From: Hormiphora californensis
Lineage: Eukaryota > Animalia > Ctenophora
DNA: 64,000 nt
Assembly: GCA_020137815.1 (NCBI GenBank)
Contig: CM035361.1
Coordinates: 1,984,001 to 2,048,000 of the forward strand
Direction of reading: 5' to 3'
Position numbers and translations under genes: made by a program. Positions within the stretch are counted from its first letter, which is position 1; each line of letters starts with the position of its first letter. The notes beneath the pieces were generated by a model, which made no database searches, was not told where the DNA came from, and saw nothing but the letters and a program-made list of their open reading frames with translations. Of the stretch, positions 42,226-60,030 are shown piece after piece.

Positions 42226-43636
42226 TATATATAACTATAAATCCCTAGGGATCACTCATGTCTGGCGGCACCGACCTGATCTAAGCACACTCTCTCTCAC
42301 CCCTTACTCAACAAGTTAAAACGGGGTCTGGCGACGCCAGACAAAGGGATTACGAGTACCAAAAGAGATCAAAAGTGATCCATCTTGATATCAATGGTGT
42401 CACACTACCAGTGGTAGTACCACGTCAGATCACAGTCACTACCATGTCACTACCATGATACTACCACAACAATTTACCAAATTAGGCACTGCTTTGTATC
42501 CCACGAAAAGAAAACACTAGAGCGCTGCAAGGTAAACTAGAGAGGTAAATGAGAAACGTACACAACCTAATTTTAAATGACGTCTCTAATTTTAGCTACA
42601 CTTAATTGAGTCATATGAGTCTGCCAGGGTATATTAAATTCTTTGAGACAACTTTAGCTGCAGCTTGAAGTTTTTTACAAAATGCATGGGTGACACAGTT
42701 GGTCGTTGAGAAAATCGGATGATGTGAAGATTTTGCATACAGCTCCAAAAATCATCCATGGACAAAGAGTGCAAAAAACGAAATCAAAAAAGATGATGAA
42801 CGATATTTTCAAGTTCATTCTATTTATTTAAACAATGTAAAGACCAACAACTAATTCGTGAATGGTTTATTAATATATTTAAAGCTGTGAACAACTCACA
42901 CCATGACACTAAAAAGCTTCAAAGGCTCATTTTCATTAGGGTGTTACAGTGTGAAAAGGCTTTCTTCGTTGGAAGTTGGGGAAAACCATCCATGCAGCAT
43001 ATTTTCGTCATATGTATGCGACTCACACATTGTGAGGGTGTGGGCCCCCGGCCCCGGCTACTTGGAGTTGCACTCAGGGACTACTATACAAATGCAATGT
43101 ATGGAGAATGAGATGCTAAACAGCTAAAATTTGATCTAGGATAGTCTGTGGTCCACAGCGGTCATGCCATCGTATCATGGAACGTTTGGGATCTGTCTGG
43201 CGGCTGCCAGATCTTTTTGACTTTTAGGTGTGACTAAACAAGGGGTGATTCAACAAGCCAGACCCCGTTTGATTGAAATGGAAAAAGCGTTCGCGTTTGA
43301 GATCGAAGAAAAAGCCGAAATAAATTAGATTGGCGTGAGTCGATGCTGTAAAATTGATACACCCGTGTATTGATATTGGGGAAATTCAGGAGCTACCGGC
43401 CGATAGACAAATTCATAATCTTAAGAACTAACGTCAAGACGATCGGTAGGCCAATTCTCTGACAGTTTGCTAATTTTGAATATTCTAATTTATAAATCAA
43501 AAAATGACAGTGTTTAGCAAGATATATATGTGCGTGTCTGTGGAACTGGAAAGGACAATTTGCCAGTGAAACATAGGTAGATAGCTTTCACTTGAACACT
43601 TGATTGCCTGAATGGTTCCTTTTCTCACTTAAAACC

Positions 43637-44020
<384 letters not shown>

Positions 44021-44544
44021 TGAGTCACAATAAAAGCTATATTTATTACCAACCACCAACATCAGAAACACCTTGGCGAATGCTGTGGAAAATGAAACAA
44101 CACTCACAAGTTGAGCCATATTATGGCTGGAATATTGTAGTAAACGTTGGTGATGAGATTCGCGCGGCCCTAGTGTAGGGGTGACCACTGACCGCGTCAC
44201 CAATAGTAAACGGTACCCTAGTCCACTGTTTGGTGACACCTGAGTGAGATGACTGCTGTCTGGCGGCGCCAGACCACAATTTGTGTGCTCAGATGGGGTC
44301 GCGGCGCCAGACAGGATGACTGAGATCGACGTCGCAACGGTACCCTAGTTAAGGAGATGCCAAAATATTTGACAACACCCACTTCTGAAACATCCTGCTT
44401 CTCCCCGGTGGTACTCTAATACTCTATCCCTTTATCTTGTCAAATTATAACTTCCATTTCATTGTTAAATTTGACATTTAAACCCCCAATAACCATAACG
44501 CGTTGATATATATATATATCCCTGGTCCCCGTCCTTCTACACGA

Positions 44545-45293
44545 CAGCACGTCGTCACGCTACACGCACTGGAGCACGTCACGTTACACGCACTGCAGCA
44601 CGTCACGTTACACGCACTGCAGCACGTCACGCTACACCCACTGCAGCACGTCGTCACGCACTGCAGCACGTCACGTTACACGCACTGCAGCACGTCACGT
44701 TACACGCACTGCAGCACGTCACGCTACACCCACTGCAGCACGTCGTCACGGCACGCTACACACACTGCAGCACGTCACGCACTGCAGCACGTCATGCTAC
44801 ACGCACTGCAGCACGTCACGTTACACGCACTGCAGCACGTCACGTTACACGCACTGCAGCACGTCACGTCGTCACGCTACACGCACTGCAGCACGTCACG
44901 CTACACGCACTGCACGCTACACGCACTACAGCACGTCACGCTACACGCACTGCACGCTACAAGCACTAAAGCACGTCACGCACTGCAGCACGTCACGCTA
45001 CACGCACTGCACGCTACAAGCACTACAGCACGTCACGCACTGCAGCACGTCACGCTACACGCACTGCAGCACGTCACGTTACACGCACTACAGCATGTCA
45101 CGCTACACGCACTGCAGCACGTCACGCTACACGCACGTCACGCTACAAGCACTACAGCACGTCACGCTACACGCACTACAGCATGTCACGCTACACGCAC
45201 TGCAGCACGTCACGCTACACGCACTGCAGCACGTCACGCTACACGCACTGCAGCACGTCACGCTACACGCACTACAGCACGTCACGCTACACG
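44545..45293. repeat. 24-bp minisatellite acgtcacgctacacgcactgcagc
   Basis: About 30 degenerate units; resumes at 47717-47740 after the foldback insertion. Confidence 0.95.
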
Positions 45294-47716
45294 GGGGGGT
45301 CTCATGTTGGTTTTGTTGTTTTTGTTGTTTTTGTTGGTACGCGAATTATGTACTAACAAACCACATATAGGTATACTACCAACAAACACCAACAAAACCA
45401 ACAAAACCAACAAAAGTTAGTTTTGTTAGTTTTGTTTGTTAGTTTTGTTGGTTTTGTTAGTACTAACAAAACTAACAAAATTAACAAAACTAACAAAACA
45501 TTTTGTTGGTTTTGTTTGTTAGTTTTGATGGTTCTGTTAGTACTAACAAAAACTAACAAAATTTTTTGTTAGTTTTGTTTGTTAGTTTTGTTTGTTAGTT
45601 TTGTTGAGATTTGTTAATGTTAAACTTAAAGTCTTGTTGACTCAACAAAACAACTAATCTCAACAAACTAACAAACCTCAACAAAACAACAAATCTCAAC
45701 AAACTAACAAATCTCGACACAACCAACAAATCTCAACAAAACAACAAATCTCAACAAACTAACAAATCTCAACTCAACCAAAAAATCTCAACAAAACAAC
45801 AAATCTTAACAAAACAACAAATCTCAACAAACTAACAAATCTCAACAAACCAACAAATCTCAACAAAACAACAAATCTCAACAAACTAACAAATCTCAAC
45901 AAACTAACAAACCTCAACAAAACAACAAATCTCAACAAATCTCAACAAACTAACAAATCTCAATACAACCAAAAAATCTCAACAAAACAACAAATCTTAA
46001 CAAAACAACAAATCTCAACAAACTAACAAATCTCAACTCAACCAAAAAATCTCAACAAAACAACAAATCTTAACATTGAGATTTGTTAGTTTGTTGAGAT
46101 TTGTTGTTTTGTTGAGGTTTGTTAGTTTGTTGAGATTTGTTAGTTTGTTGAGATTTGTTGTTTTGTTGAGATTTGTTGGTTTGTTGAGATTTGTTAGTTT
46201 GTTGAGATTTGTTGTTTTGTTAATAACAAAACAACAAATCTCAACAAACTAACAAATCTCAACAAACCAACAAATCTCAACAAAACAACAAATCTCAACA
46301 AACTAACAAATCTCAACAAACTAACAAACCTCAACAAAACAACAAATCTCAACAAACTAACAAATCTCAACACAACCAAAAAATCTCAACAAAACAACAA
46401 ATCTTAACAAAACAACAAATCTCAACAAACTAACAAATCTCAACAAACCAACAAATCTCAACAAAACAACAAATCTCAACAAACTAACAAATCTCAACAA
46501 ACTAACAAACCTCAACAAAACAACAAATCTCAACAAACTAACAAATCTCAACACAACCAAAAAATCTCAACAAAACAACAAATCTTAACAAAACAACAAA
46601 TCTCAACAAACTAACAAATCTCAACAAACCAACAAATCTCAACAAACTAACAAAACTCAATAAACTAACAAACCTCAACAAAACAACAAATTTCAACAAA
46701 CTAACAAATCTCGACACAACCAACAAATCTCAACAAAACAACCAATCTCAACAAACTTACAAATATCAACACAACCAACAAATCTCAACAAAACAAAAAT
46801 CTCAACAAAACCACAAATCTCAACAAAACAAATCTCAACAAACCAACAAATCACAACAAAACAACAAATCTCAAGAAAACAAAAAATCTCAACAAAACCA
46901 CAAATCTCTGTTGAGATTTGTTAGTTTGTTGAGATTTGTTGTTTTGTTGAGATTTGTTGGTTGTGTTGAGATTTGTTAGTTTGTTGAGATTTGTTGTTTT
47001 GTTGAGATTTGTTGTTTTGTTGAGATTTGTTAGTTTGTTGAGATTTGTTGTTTTGTTGAGATTTGTTAGTTTGTTGAGATTTGTTATTTTGTTGAGATTT
47101 GTTGTATTGTTGAGATTTGTTGTTTTGTTGAGATTTGCCGGTTGTGTTGAGATTTGTTAGTTTGTTGAGATTTGTTGTTTTGTTGAGATTTGTTGTTTTG
47201 TTGAGATTTGTTAGTTTGTTGAGATTTGTTGTTTTGTTGAGATTTGTTAGTTTGTTGAGATTTGTTATTTTGTTGAGATTTGTTGTATTGTTGAGATTTG
47301 TTGTTTTGTTGAGATTTGCTGGTTGTGTTGAGATTTGTTAGTTTGTTGAGATTTGTTGTTTTGTTGAGATTTGTTGGTTGAGTTGAGATTTGTTAGTTTG
47401 TTGAGATTTGTTAGTTGTGTTGAGATTTGTTGTTTTGTTGAGATTTGTTGGTTGTGTTGAGATTAGTTGGTTGTGTTGTGAAACAAAACCAAGAAACTAA
47501 CAAAACCAACAAAACCAACAAACAAAACCAACAAAATTAACAAACAAAACCAACAAACCCAACAAACAAAACCAACAAAATCAACAAACAAAACAAACAA
47601 AATCAACAAACAAACAAAACCAACAAACAAAAGTTTTGTTATGTTTGTTTTGTTTGTTGGTGCCAAAAAAACGTCCATACTACCAACAACCAACATGAGA
47701 CCCCCCCCCCCCCCCC
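45294..47716. mobile_element. Foldback/Mutator-like element with modular internal arrays, ~2.4 kb
   Basis: Termini (G)n-tctcatgttggtt / aaccaacatgaga-(C)n; 9-bp TSD cgctacacg (45285-45293, 47717-47725); arms built of 18-bp ctcaacaaa(ac/ct)aacaaat units in inverted orientation, switching near 46905; no transposase. Confidence 0.88.
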
Positions 47717-47976
47717 CGCTACACGCACTGCAGCACGTCGTGACCTCACGCAAACCACTTCCGGTGTTAAGAGGTACGGGGTTTTCTAAGGCGGACCCAA
47801 AAAATTTCTGGAGTATTTACCCCGTACCTCTTTTATGAAACAAAGTTGAAAACTCAGCAAATGACGATTGAAAAGTCTTAAAAAATAAATAAAACACACA
47901 AGAAGTTCAAGATGAAACTCTCAAATCACAGTCCCTCATCAACTGATGTTAATTAATTAATTAACTAACTAATTAA

Positions 47977-50176
47977 TTAGTAGATGTGATCCTTCTCAAA
48001 TGGTTTTCCCTGCCAGTCATCGAAATCACCAGCGACCCACTTCTGGAAGAGTGCACGGTTCTCGGGTTTAGACATGTCCAGCCTCTCAGTGTCGTAGTGG
48101 ACGATATCCGTGGTCCAGTTATCGTCCTCCTGAAATATAGGGAGATTGTTACTTTAACTAGTAGAGAGAGGGGTGAGATTGTTACTTTGACTAAGAGAAA
48201 GGGGATTGTTACTTTAAATAGGCAAAAGATCAGTTTGTAACTAGGAGACAGCATCTGGATTGATGAACTTCAGAGAACTGTATTATGTATAGTGTATATT
48301 ATACACTATACATAATACAGTGGGCTGAAAAATATATATTTCTAAAAAAGGTAGACTCTTACCATGAAGAACAGCTTGTCTCCTCGTCCCAGCCAGATTC
48401 CAGTGATGACCTGATCATTGGGCTCACCAAACACATACATCAGACCAAATGCATGCTTCTTCATGGTCTCGAGTCGCTGGTACATACCTGGGAGGGGGAG
48501 GGTGAAATAAAGGTCAGAAATAATAACGGCGGAGACGGATTCTATCATAACCGCCTGGTAAATTATCTGGCTATTTGTCATATTGAATCTTGAATTATAT
48601 GGATCTTTTAAATCACTAGCGCACCCACCGGGTGCGCCTCAAGTAAGGGGTTTCGACAACCCACCCGGCTTCACCGGGTGACCCTTTTTTGCCCATTTGA
48701 CACCATTTTACTGTTGCCATGGCAACTGTATCGGTACCCACTACCCATGAAGACTGAACCGCTAAAAGTTGTTTGAAAATAATCACAAACTCCCAAAAGT
48801 GTGAATAACAGCTTTACAGCTTTGGGCACATAAAGTGTTTTATGAAGGAGCAGTCTGTCGCGTAGAAACGCACTGAACGAACGGCCATCACGACGTTCAT
48901 CTCCAAATTATAATAGAGATTGAATACACGAACCTTTGTTATGTTCCAACCCTCCCTTTACATTTGTAAACACAGTCTAGCGAGGCAAACTAACCTTTGA
49001 CAAGATTGTTAGTCTTGTGGGTGACAGTCAACTCATCGTTGTATTTATAAGTTGCTGTCCAGACGCTCCATTCTCCATCAATAAAGTTCTCATCGAAGTA
49101 TTTCATGATGTCCACAGTTTCCTCGTTCCAGTACATTCTGGTGGAAAGGGAGGGGGTTTGGAGGGGTTTAGAGTGGTTTGCAGGGGGTTTAGAGTGGTTT
49201 GTAGGGGGTTTAGAGTGGTTTTTAGAGGAATGAAAGGGGTGGTTTTAGTTGGATGGGAATGGGAGCTAAAAGAAGTTATAATTGTGATGGAAGTCATGAA
49301 ATGAATCTGAAAGTTGTTATGGGTAATCTCATTATTCAACTCACCGTTTGAAGGTGTCCATGTCCATTTTTGGCTTGGGCAGATCACTGAAGGGCTTCTT
49401 GGTCTCTTTCTTGGGAGCAGCGGGCTGTTCAGCGACAGGGGCAGCAGCCTGAGGAAGAGAGGGGGAATGGTGAGTCTGAGGAAGAGAGGGAATGGTGAAC
49501 GGGGAGATAATATATATGGGTTTGAGGCAAAAAAACATGATTGCTTGATCAGTAACCACATAAACAAATGGCGAATAAAATGGTGTTGTTAATTAACTAA
49601 CCTTGGGCTTGGCTTCCTGTTTTGGTTTCTGATCTGGTTTGGCCTTCTCTTGTTTAGCGGGTTTAGGGTGGTTGGCTGCGAATGCCTTAGCTGAAAGAGA
49701 GGAAGTGTTAGTATAATGAAAAGGAAACCCTTAGATACACATCCAAAATCAAGGGTACAGTAGTGTTCAACCACTTTAGCATTTAGTAGTGAGTGGCTCA
49801 GATCTATGGTTTGAGTTATTTTTTAACACCCTGTACCTACCATCGAACTGAGCAGGTTTGGTGCAGAGAGCAGTAGTACCAACAACTCGTGTAACCTCAT
49901 CTTGGTTGATGATGGTGTTGAACCATCGGGTCACGTTGGTGTACTTAGATCGGGCAGACTCGTCAAGGATCTGTGGAGAGTAGTTGGGTGGTGAAAAGGG
50001 GAGGAAAGGAGAGAGAGAGCGGGTGATGCAGAAAGATCAATATGGTGAATGGGACAGAGGGAAAGAGAGTCTGACCGTTATTGAAAAGCAAACAGACAAG
50101 AATGTTCGAGAAGGGGTGGACGCTACATTAAAAGCCACGCACCTTACCGGAAAACCAAGTTCCTCCCGATATGAGC

Positions 50177-50239
<63 letters not shown>

Positions 50240-50449
50240 TGTTGGCACGTGGCGTGCATGTAGGTGCCGCGCCGCGCGCAAAGAAATGTTGGACTGCTAT
50301 GAACGGTGTGTGCTTTTCTTAGTGCTGAGATAGAAAGGCGATGTAGACCCCCACTGGTGGAGACTTGGTTGCGTGTGAAGAGATAACATGTCGAGATATG
50401 GGGAGCAAGATACGATATTATGTGAAACAGAGAGAGAGAGAGAGAGAGT

Positions 50450-50490
<41 letters not shown>

Positions 50491-52844
50491 TTTCATCAAG
50501 TTTCACCGAGTGAGCAAAGAGATAAGAAATACAGATAACTTACCATGTTGTACATGTCCCTAAGGTACATAGCGACAGTAAGATCAGCTAGTGTAACAGT
50601 CTCTCCAACTAGATAAGTCTTATCATTCAAGTAGCTCTCCAGAGAGGACATGTAGGAATCAAACTGAGCGTTGGCCTTAGCAACAACCTGAGGGGGGATA
50701 TTGGTTAGTTTCAACTTGGTAACAACCTGAGGGGGATATTTGGTTAGTTTCAACTTGGTAACAACCTGAGGGGGTTGATTGGTTAGTTTCAACTTGGTAA
50801 CAACCTGAGGGGGTTGATTGGTTAGTTTCAACTTGGCAACGAAGGTATCCCTACCTTGCCGTCGCCAAGTAATCGTCAATTTGTAATGAGGAGTCAGGGC
50901 AGGAGGATATCATTGGGTTCATAGATTGGTTTAGTTGACCTGATTCAGGTTCACAACATTACTGGTATCAAGTTAAACCCAAGCAATGTCCCAAACAATG
51001 TCCCAAGCAATAACTTTCCCAGTGCCCATATATGATCAGGGGATTGCAAAACCCAATTGACTATAACCGAGGGCTATTTTTCCTAATTAATTAATTGTCC
51101 CAGAAAGAGTGTGTTGTACATTGCAACTAGAAATTTGTTGCCCTTGGTTACACCACAAAACCAAATAACAAACATTTGAGATTGACCCAAAGAAAATAAC
51201 CCAAAAAATCTATGATCTACAAACTATTTCAAGTCTCTATCTCATCACTGGGTGGACTGTGGAGTAATGACCGTGGGAAATTTCACAAAGCCTTTTTAAT
51301 TTGGGTTTTACTTTAGTCTTTCCTTGATGAAGCCCAATGGAACTTGGGCAAAGATCTAAAATGAACACCATGTTTACAATCATACACTCACATTCTTGTT
51401 GTTGGGCATGAGTCCCCAGCAAGGGTAGAGGATCTGACAAGCAGCAGGGAAGAGAGATGTCTCTGCTGTGTTCATGAATTGGGTGATCTGACATCGTGTC
51501 ATCTCGTTCTCACCACGCAGGGCTGATCCACCAACTGAAGAGAGAGGGGAGGTTAGGACTACTAACTTAGGAGTTGGTTAGGAGGGAGGGGGTAGGGGTC
51601 GGAGACTGAGGGGAGGTGGTTAGGAGTTGGGTAGTGTTTGTCAGATTACGCGACCCTCCGGCCCGGTGCGAAGCGAGGGTTACGGAAGTAACAAGGTAGT
51701 GTTAGAAATGATGAGGGACTGAGGGGGGTCGGAGATAGAGGGGTTAGATGTGGTATTGTTGGGAGAGGGTTAGGAGTCGGGTAGTGGGAGGGGTTAGGAG
51801 AGGGAAACAGTTAACGTGGGGGGGGGGGCAGAAATTACTCCAATAGCCTGTCTCACATTGCAATTTGTTATGTTCTAACCCGGCCCTCCCATTACATTTG
51901 TAAAGGAAGGGGCGGGGCGTACGAAGCACAGTCTAGCTAGGCAAATTGCAATGTGAGGCCGGCCAAAATACGACACATCGTACAACAAAGAAGAAATTGT
52001 TCCCTTCATTACATTTATAAAAGAGGTGCCGTAAAACTGGGTCGAGCAAGGCAAGGAAGATATTGATAGATAGTCGAAATAAAGGATGAAATGACAATTG
52101 ATAAACTGGGGAGGGGGATGATAAACTAACCAAGGGATGCAATAGCAAAGGTATCGGCCAGGTTTCCGGCAGCACTCTCAAATGCAGGTACCTGAGGGAA
52201 GAGAGTTAGAACTCTTAATAAATACCAGTATAGGGTAATGTGGATTACACGTTCTTTCACTTCACTCTTCGACCGATTAATTTAGCGTCGAATAAATAAT
52301 ACCATTGTGGCAGCAACACGAACCTGCTTGAAGGGGAACTTGGCAAGGTACTCAGGGGTTGTGTTGGTAACTCCCATTGTGAAATCAGGGGACACTTTGA
52401 CCGAGCTGCCTCCATATTCAGCTGCAATCTGGATGAGCTGGGCACGCGGGTTGTTCGCGTATGTGTACAGGGTCTGAAGGGAAGTAGTGGGTTAGGAAGG
52501 GGACTGATCATAGGGATGTGGCCGGTGACGGGTAGGTACAATGTCCAATGAAGTGCTAACTGCTAAGGTGTCTGGAGAAGAGGAGTGGGTAACAGAAGTG
52601 TCCGAGCGGGAGAGATCGGCTGGTTTCAATGAGTGTTTTAGATTGTTTCGAGCCTGACTGCACGAGATTTTCGGATGGTGATAGGATAGCAGTCGATTGA
52701 GGAGTATTTCCTCGGGGTTTCAAAGGAATTGGTGCCCAAACAGAGCACTAAATGTAGTGGGGCATGTTTGTGCAGATATGCTTTGTGTTAACAGAGGTTA
52801 TTTATCGGTTTACTTACACCGCTAACTCCGTTGGGGGCTGGCAT
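47977..52844 (-). CDS. EEF1G: Eukaryotic translation elongation factor 1-gamma, ~422 aa
   Basis: 11 in-phase exons: 52844-52818, 52473-52324, 52191-52131, 51534-51392, 50687-50544, 49970-49841, 49690-49602, 49448-49345, 49137-48995, 48487-48363, 48129-47977. GST-like N-term (TLYTYANNPRA..KFPFKQVPAFE..TYLVGETVTLADL..NVTRWFNTIINQ), K/E/P linker, C-domain (MDMDTFKRMYWN..WSVW..YKYNDELT..NLVKGMYQRLE). Confidence 0.96.
48277..48321. repeat. Perfect 45-bp palindrome
   Basis: actgtattatgtatagtgtata-t-tatacactatacataatacagt (22-bp arms, 1-nt spacer) in last EEF1G intron. Confidence 0.95.
48616..48919 (-). mobile_element. Non-autonomous Helitron-like element, 304 bp
   Basis: Minus strand A|TCTCTATTATAA...GC hairpin gcgcaccc-ggt-gggtgcgc ending CTAG|T; A/T insertion site without TSD. 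Confidence 0.7.
50680..50840. repeat. 39-bp tandem repeat, 4 copies, each with branch point and splice acceptor of EEF1G exon 5
   Basis: Minus-strand unit ctaac..cccctcag|gttgtt; acceptors at 50688, 50727, 50766, 50805. Confidence 0.92.
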
Positions 52845-52865
52845 GACGTAAGTTTGTGGAACTTT

Positions 52866-52880
52866 CGAAAAAGAAAGAGC
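52866..52880 (-). promoter_or_regulatory. Pyrimidine tract upstream of EEF1G start (5'TOP-like or splice acceptor tract)
   Basis: Minus strand ctctttctttttcg ~25-35 nt before ATG, downstream of CpG-rich 52930-53045; EEF1G is a TOP mRNA in other animals. Confidence 0.5.
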
Positions 52881-53721
52881 TGGTCGAAAATTTTCATGTT
52901 GAAGATCTCAGATTTTAAAATCTGAAAGTTCGTACCGCGCCGCGCGAAACTCCATTCAAAAACATCTTTGCGCGTCCCAGAAAAAGGAGGGGCGGCGCGC
53001 GAAATGGGGTGCTTTGCATTGCAATCACCAGCTCGCGCGTCACGCTAAGTTGCAATCTTCCAAACTGAAGAGATGATGCGAGATCTGAGAGGTGGGATCA
53101 TTGTTCGTGCTTTGACCGTTGTGCTGTGTGATATTCGATAGTGTGAAGTTGGAATGTAAATCTCACACACACTATCTCTCTTCGATAGAAATATCATAAC
53201 GGTGTATTTATTGGAGATAATAAAGTTTAGCATAGCCGCATATTATGGGAGGACGGAAAATGAGAATGAGAGTGAGTTGAATCGCTGTGGGAAAAGAGCT
53301 CCAAGTAAAATTGAGACACGGAAAGAAAATGAGAGAGGTAGATTGAGAAGGGTGTTTAGAAGATATGAACGCACTGCAGATGACCTTTATCAACAAGTTT
53401 CAACAGTCTTCACACACAACTACAGTGCTCACACTACTACACCGACACACGTACAAACCAATACACAATGATACCACACAGAAGTGGGTACCTAGAATTT
53501 ACAACGTCATTGTTTCTGCAGAAGGGATCTGTGAATCAGTTTTTTGAATTCTCTAGGTTTTTTCCAACTTTATGCTTTACATGCGAGCCTGACAAAATGG
53601 GTGAGATAGTATGAGTGAGAAATAGCGAATAGGAATGTTTGCCATAGCGGAAGAATTGACTAATTGACGAGAGGCTACTTTTCTTTCCGGTCGCATATAA
53701 ACTTTCCACGTTCCTCCGAAG

Positions 53722-54593
<872 letters not shown>

Positions 54594-55497
54594 TAGATGA
54601 GAATTACAGTACGTACCAATACGGCATTGCTCCAGTTACCATGTGACATTTACCACGTGATCTCGTACACAAAATTCTACAATTTTTTCCAACACCAAGG
54701 GAAACAACAAATTAAAAAGAAATACCATCTGTCTCTATGTCTCCCTGTCATAGGCTATACTTTTCTCCCTTGAAGCTAGTTTCTTTCTCTCTTTCTATCT
54801 CTCTCTTTCTTTCCTAGCTCTCTATTTCTATATCTTCCCACCCCAGCGGCCGACCTAAATTACCTGGACATCAGTTCGAAACTATTTTATAAATTCCAAC
54901 AAAAATAGAAATAAACACGGACAGTGAATAGAACACGACAGGAGACATTTCGTTGGAAAGTGGAAACTTGGTGGACGGTGGTATGGTGAGAAAAAAGGTG
55001 ATTTTATTCTGCTGGGTGATCGTGAAAATGGAATATTAATCTTTACTTTAGTAAAAGTTCAAAACAAGAATATAATTTTTGGGGTAAACTAGTAAAAAGA
55101 TACAAGTAAACAACATTCTTATTCTCTCTCTCTCATACACACTTTATATGATGCATACCCTCTCTATTCCAATAATTCATCCAATATACATAATCAAAAG
55201 ACTCAAATCCAATGTGTAGAGAAATATCATAAAACAATCTCTCTCTCTCTTTCTCTCTCATCCAATCGTCCGATATATAAGTCCGAGAAGTGTCCCATGG
55301 GGGTGAGAGGGTGTCTTTGTGTCCTTCTTTTACCTGCAAAATATTGTTGTTCTGTGAGTGCTCGTATCGGAAGAGCAAGTAAAGTATAGAAATTGTAGAA
55401 AACCATATCGTACGGGGTGGTTTGATCTTGTCACCACGGTCCGAAGAATGCATGAAACGCCACCTCATTTAAATGTACCTGTAATCAGTGTCTCACT

Positions 55498-59330
<3,833 letters not shown>

Positions 59331-60030
59331 TTTCAAAGAGAGGGCAGCTAGAGATCATGGAATTGTGTTAGTTCGATTGTAATGTTAATTTACTGGCTTT
59401 TGACATCATTCACCCCAGCGTGTGCCGTGTGTCCGGGGTGCGTTTTGCCAAAATATTTGTAATTTCCGCTTTTAATTGTCAAATTGAAAGTTAATAGTAA
59501 GCGTGCCTTGACGTAGGGTCTCCCCAGAACGTCTGATACGAGATTGCGAAAGCAGGGAAGAGGCGGTTCAAGTGACAAAATATCACTTTCCGACCGATTT
59601 TTTCATTTTTGAGATTAAAAAAAAACCCTGCCGAGGCCTCGCGAGACGAGTTCAATTCAGATTGCGCGCGCGAGACACATCTAATAAGCGCCGCGCACAT
59701 TATTTAAAAATCCTTCGCGCCGTACATTCAGTGACGCTTCGCATTTCCCAACTAATCACAAAATTGCATTTTCCTGATACTAATATGGTTTAAGACTATA
59801 TTTCTGTGGTATAAAAACTCAAATTTCTACAAATATGGTACATATCACATTCCGAAAATGCAAATGAATAACTTTATCCTCTCAGTCTCTTATTGCATTC
59901 TGCCTCTCAGTCTCAGTCTAGTCTCTCATTTCAGTTTCTTTCTCTCATTTCACCATCCTTTGCTGTTGGTGTTGCGGTGAGCGGTGAGGGATCGATTGGT
60001 GACAAGATTACAGCTCCCTCAGCTCCCCTT

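Larger units (their letters stand above)
38771..42510. repeat. Tandem duplication of a ~630-bp unit; copy 1 38771-39400 intact, copy 2 39401-42510 interrupted by insertions
   Basis: Both copies start tatacttcatgtac..cctagtcctacctcatgc and end ggcactgc.ttgtatc.cacgaaaag; collinear once insertions are removed. Confidence 0.9.

Noticed and set aside
44503-45420. 305-aa HVTLHALQ-repeat ORF
   Set aside because: Read-through of a 24-bp minisatellite with internal frame switches, running into a transposon end.
46194-47341. LRFVSL/LRFVVL repeat ORFs
   Set aside because: Translation of the 18-bp foldback modules.
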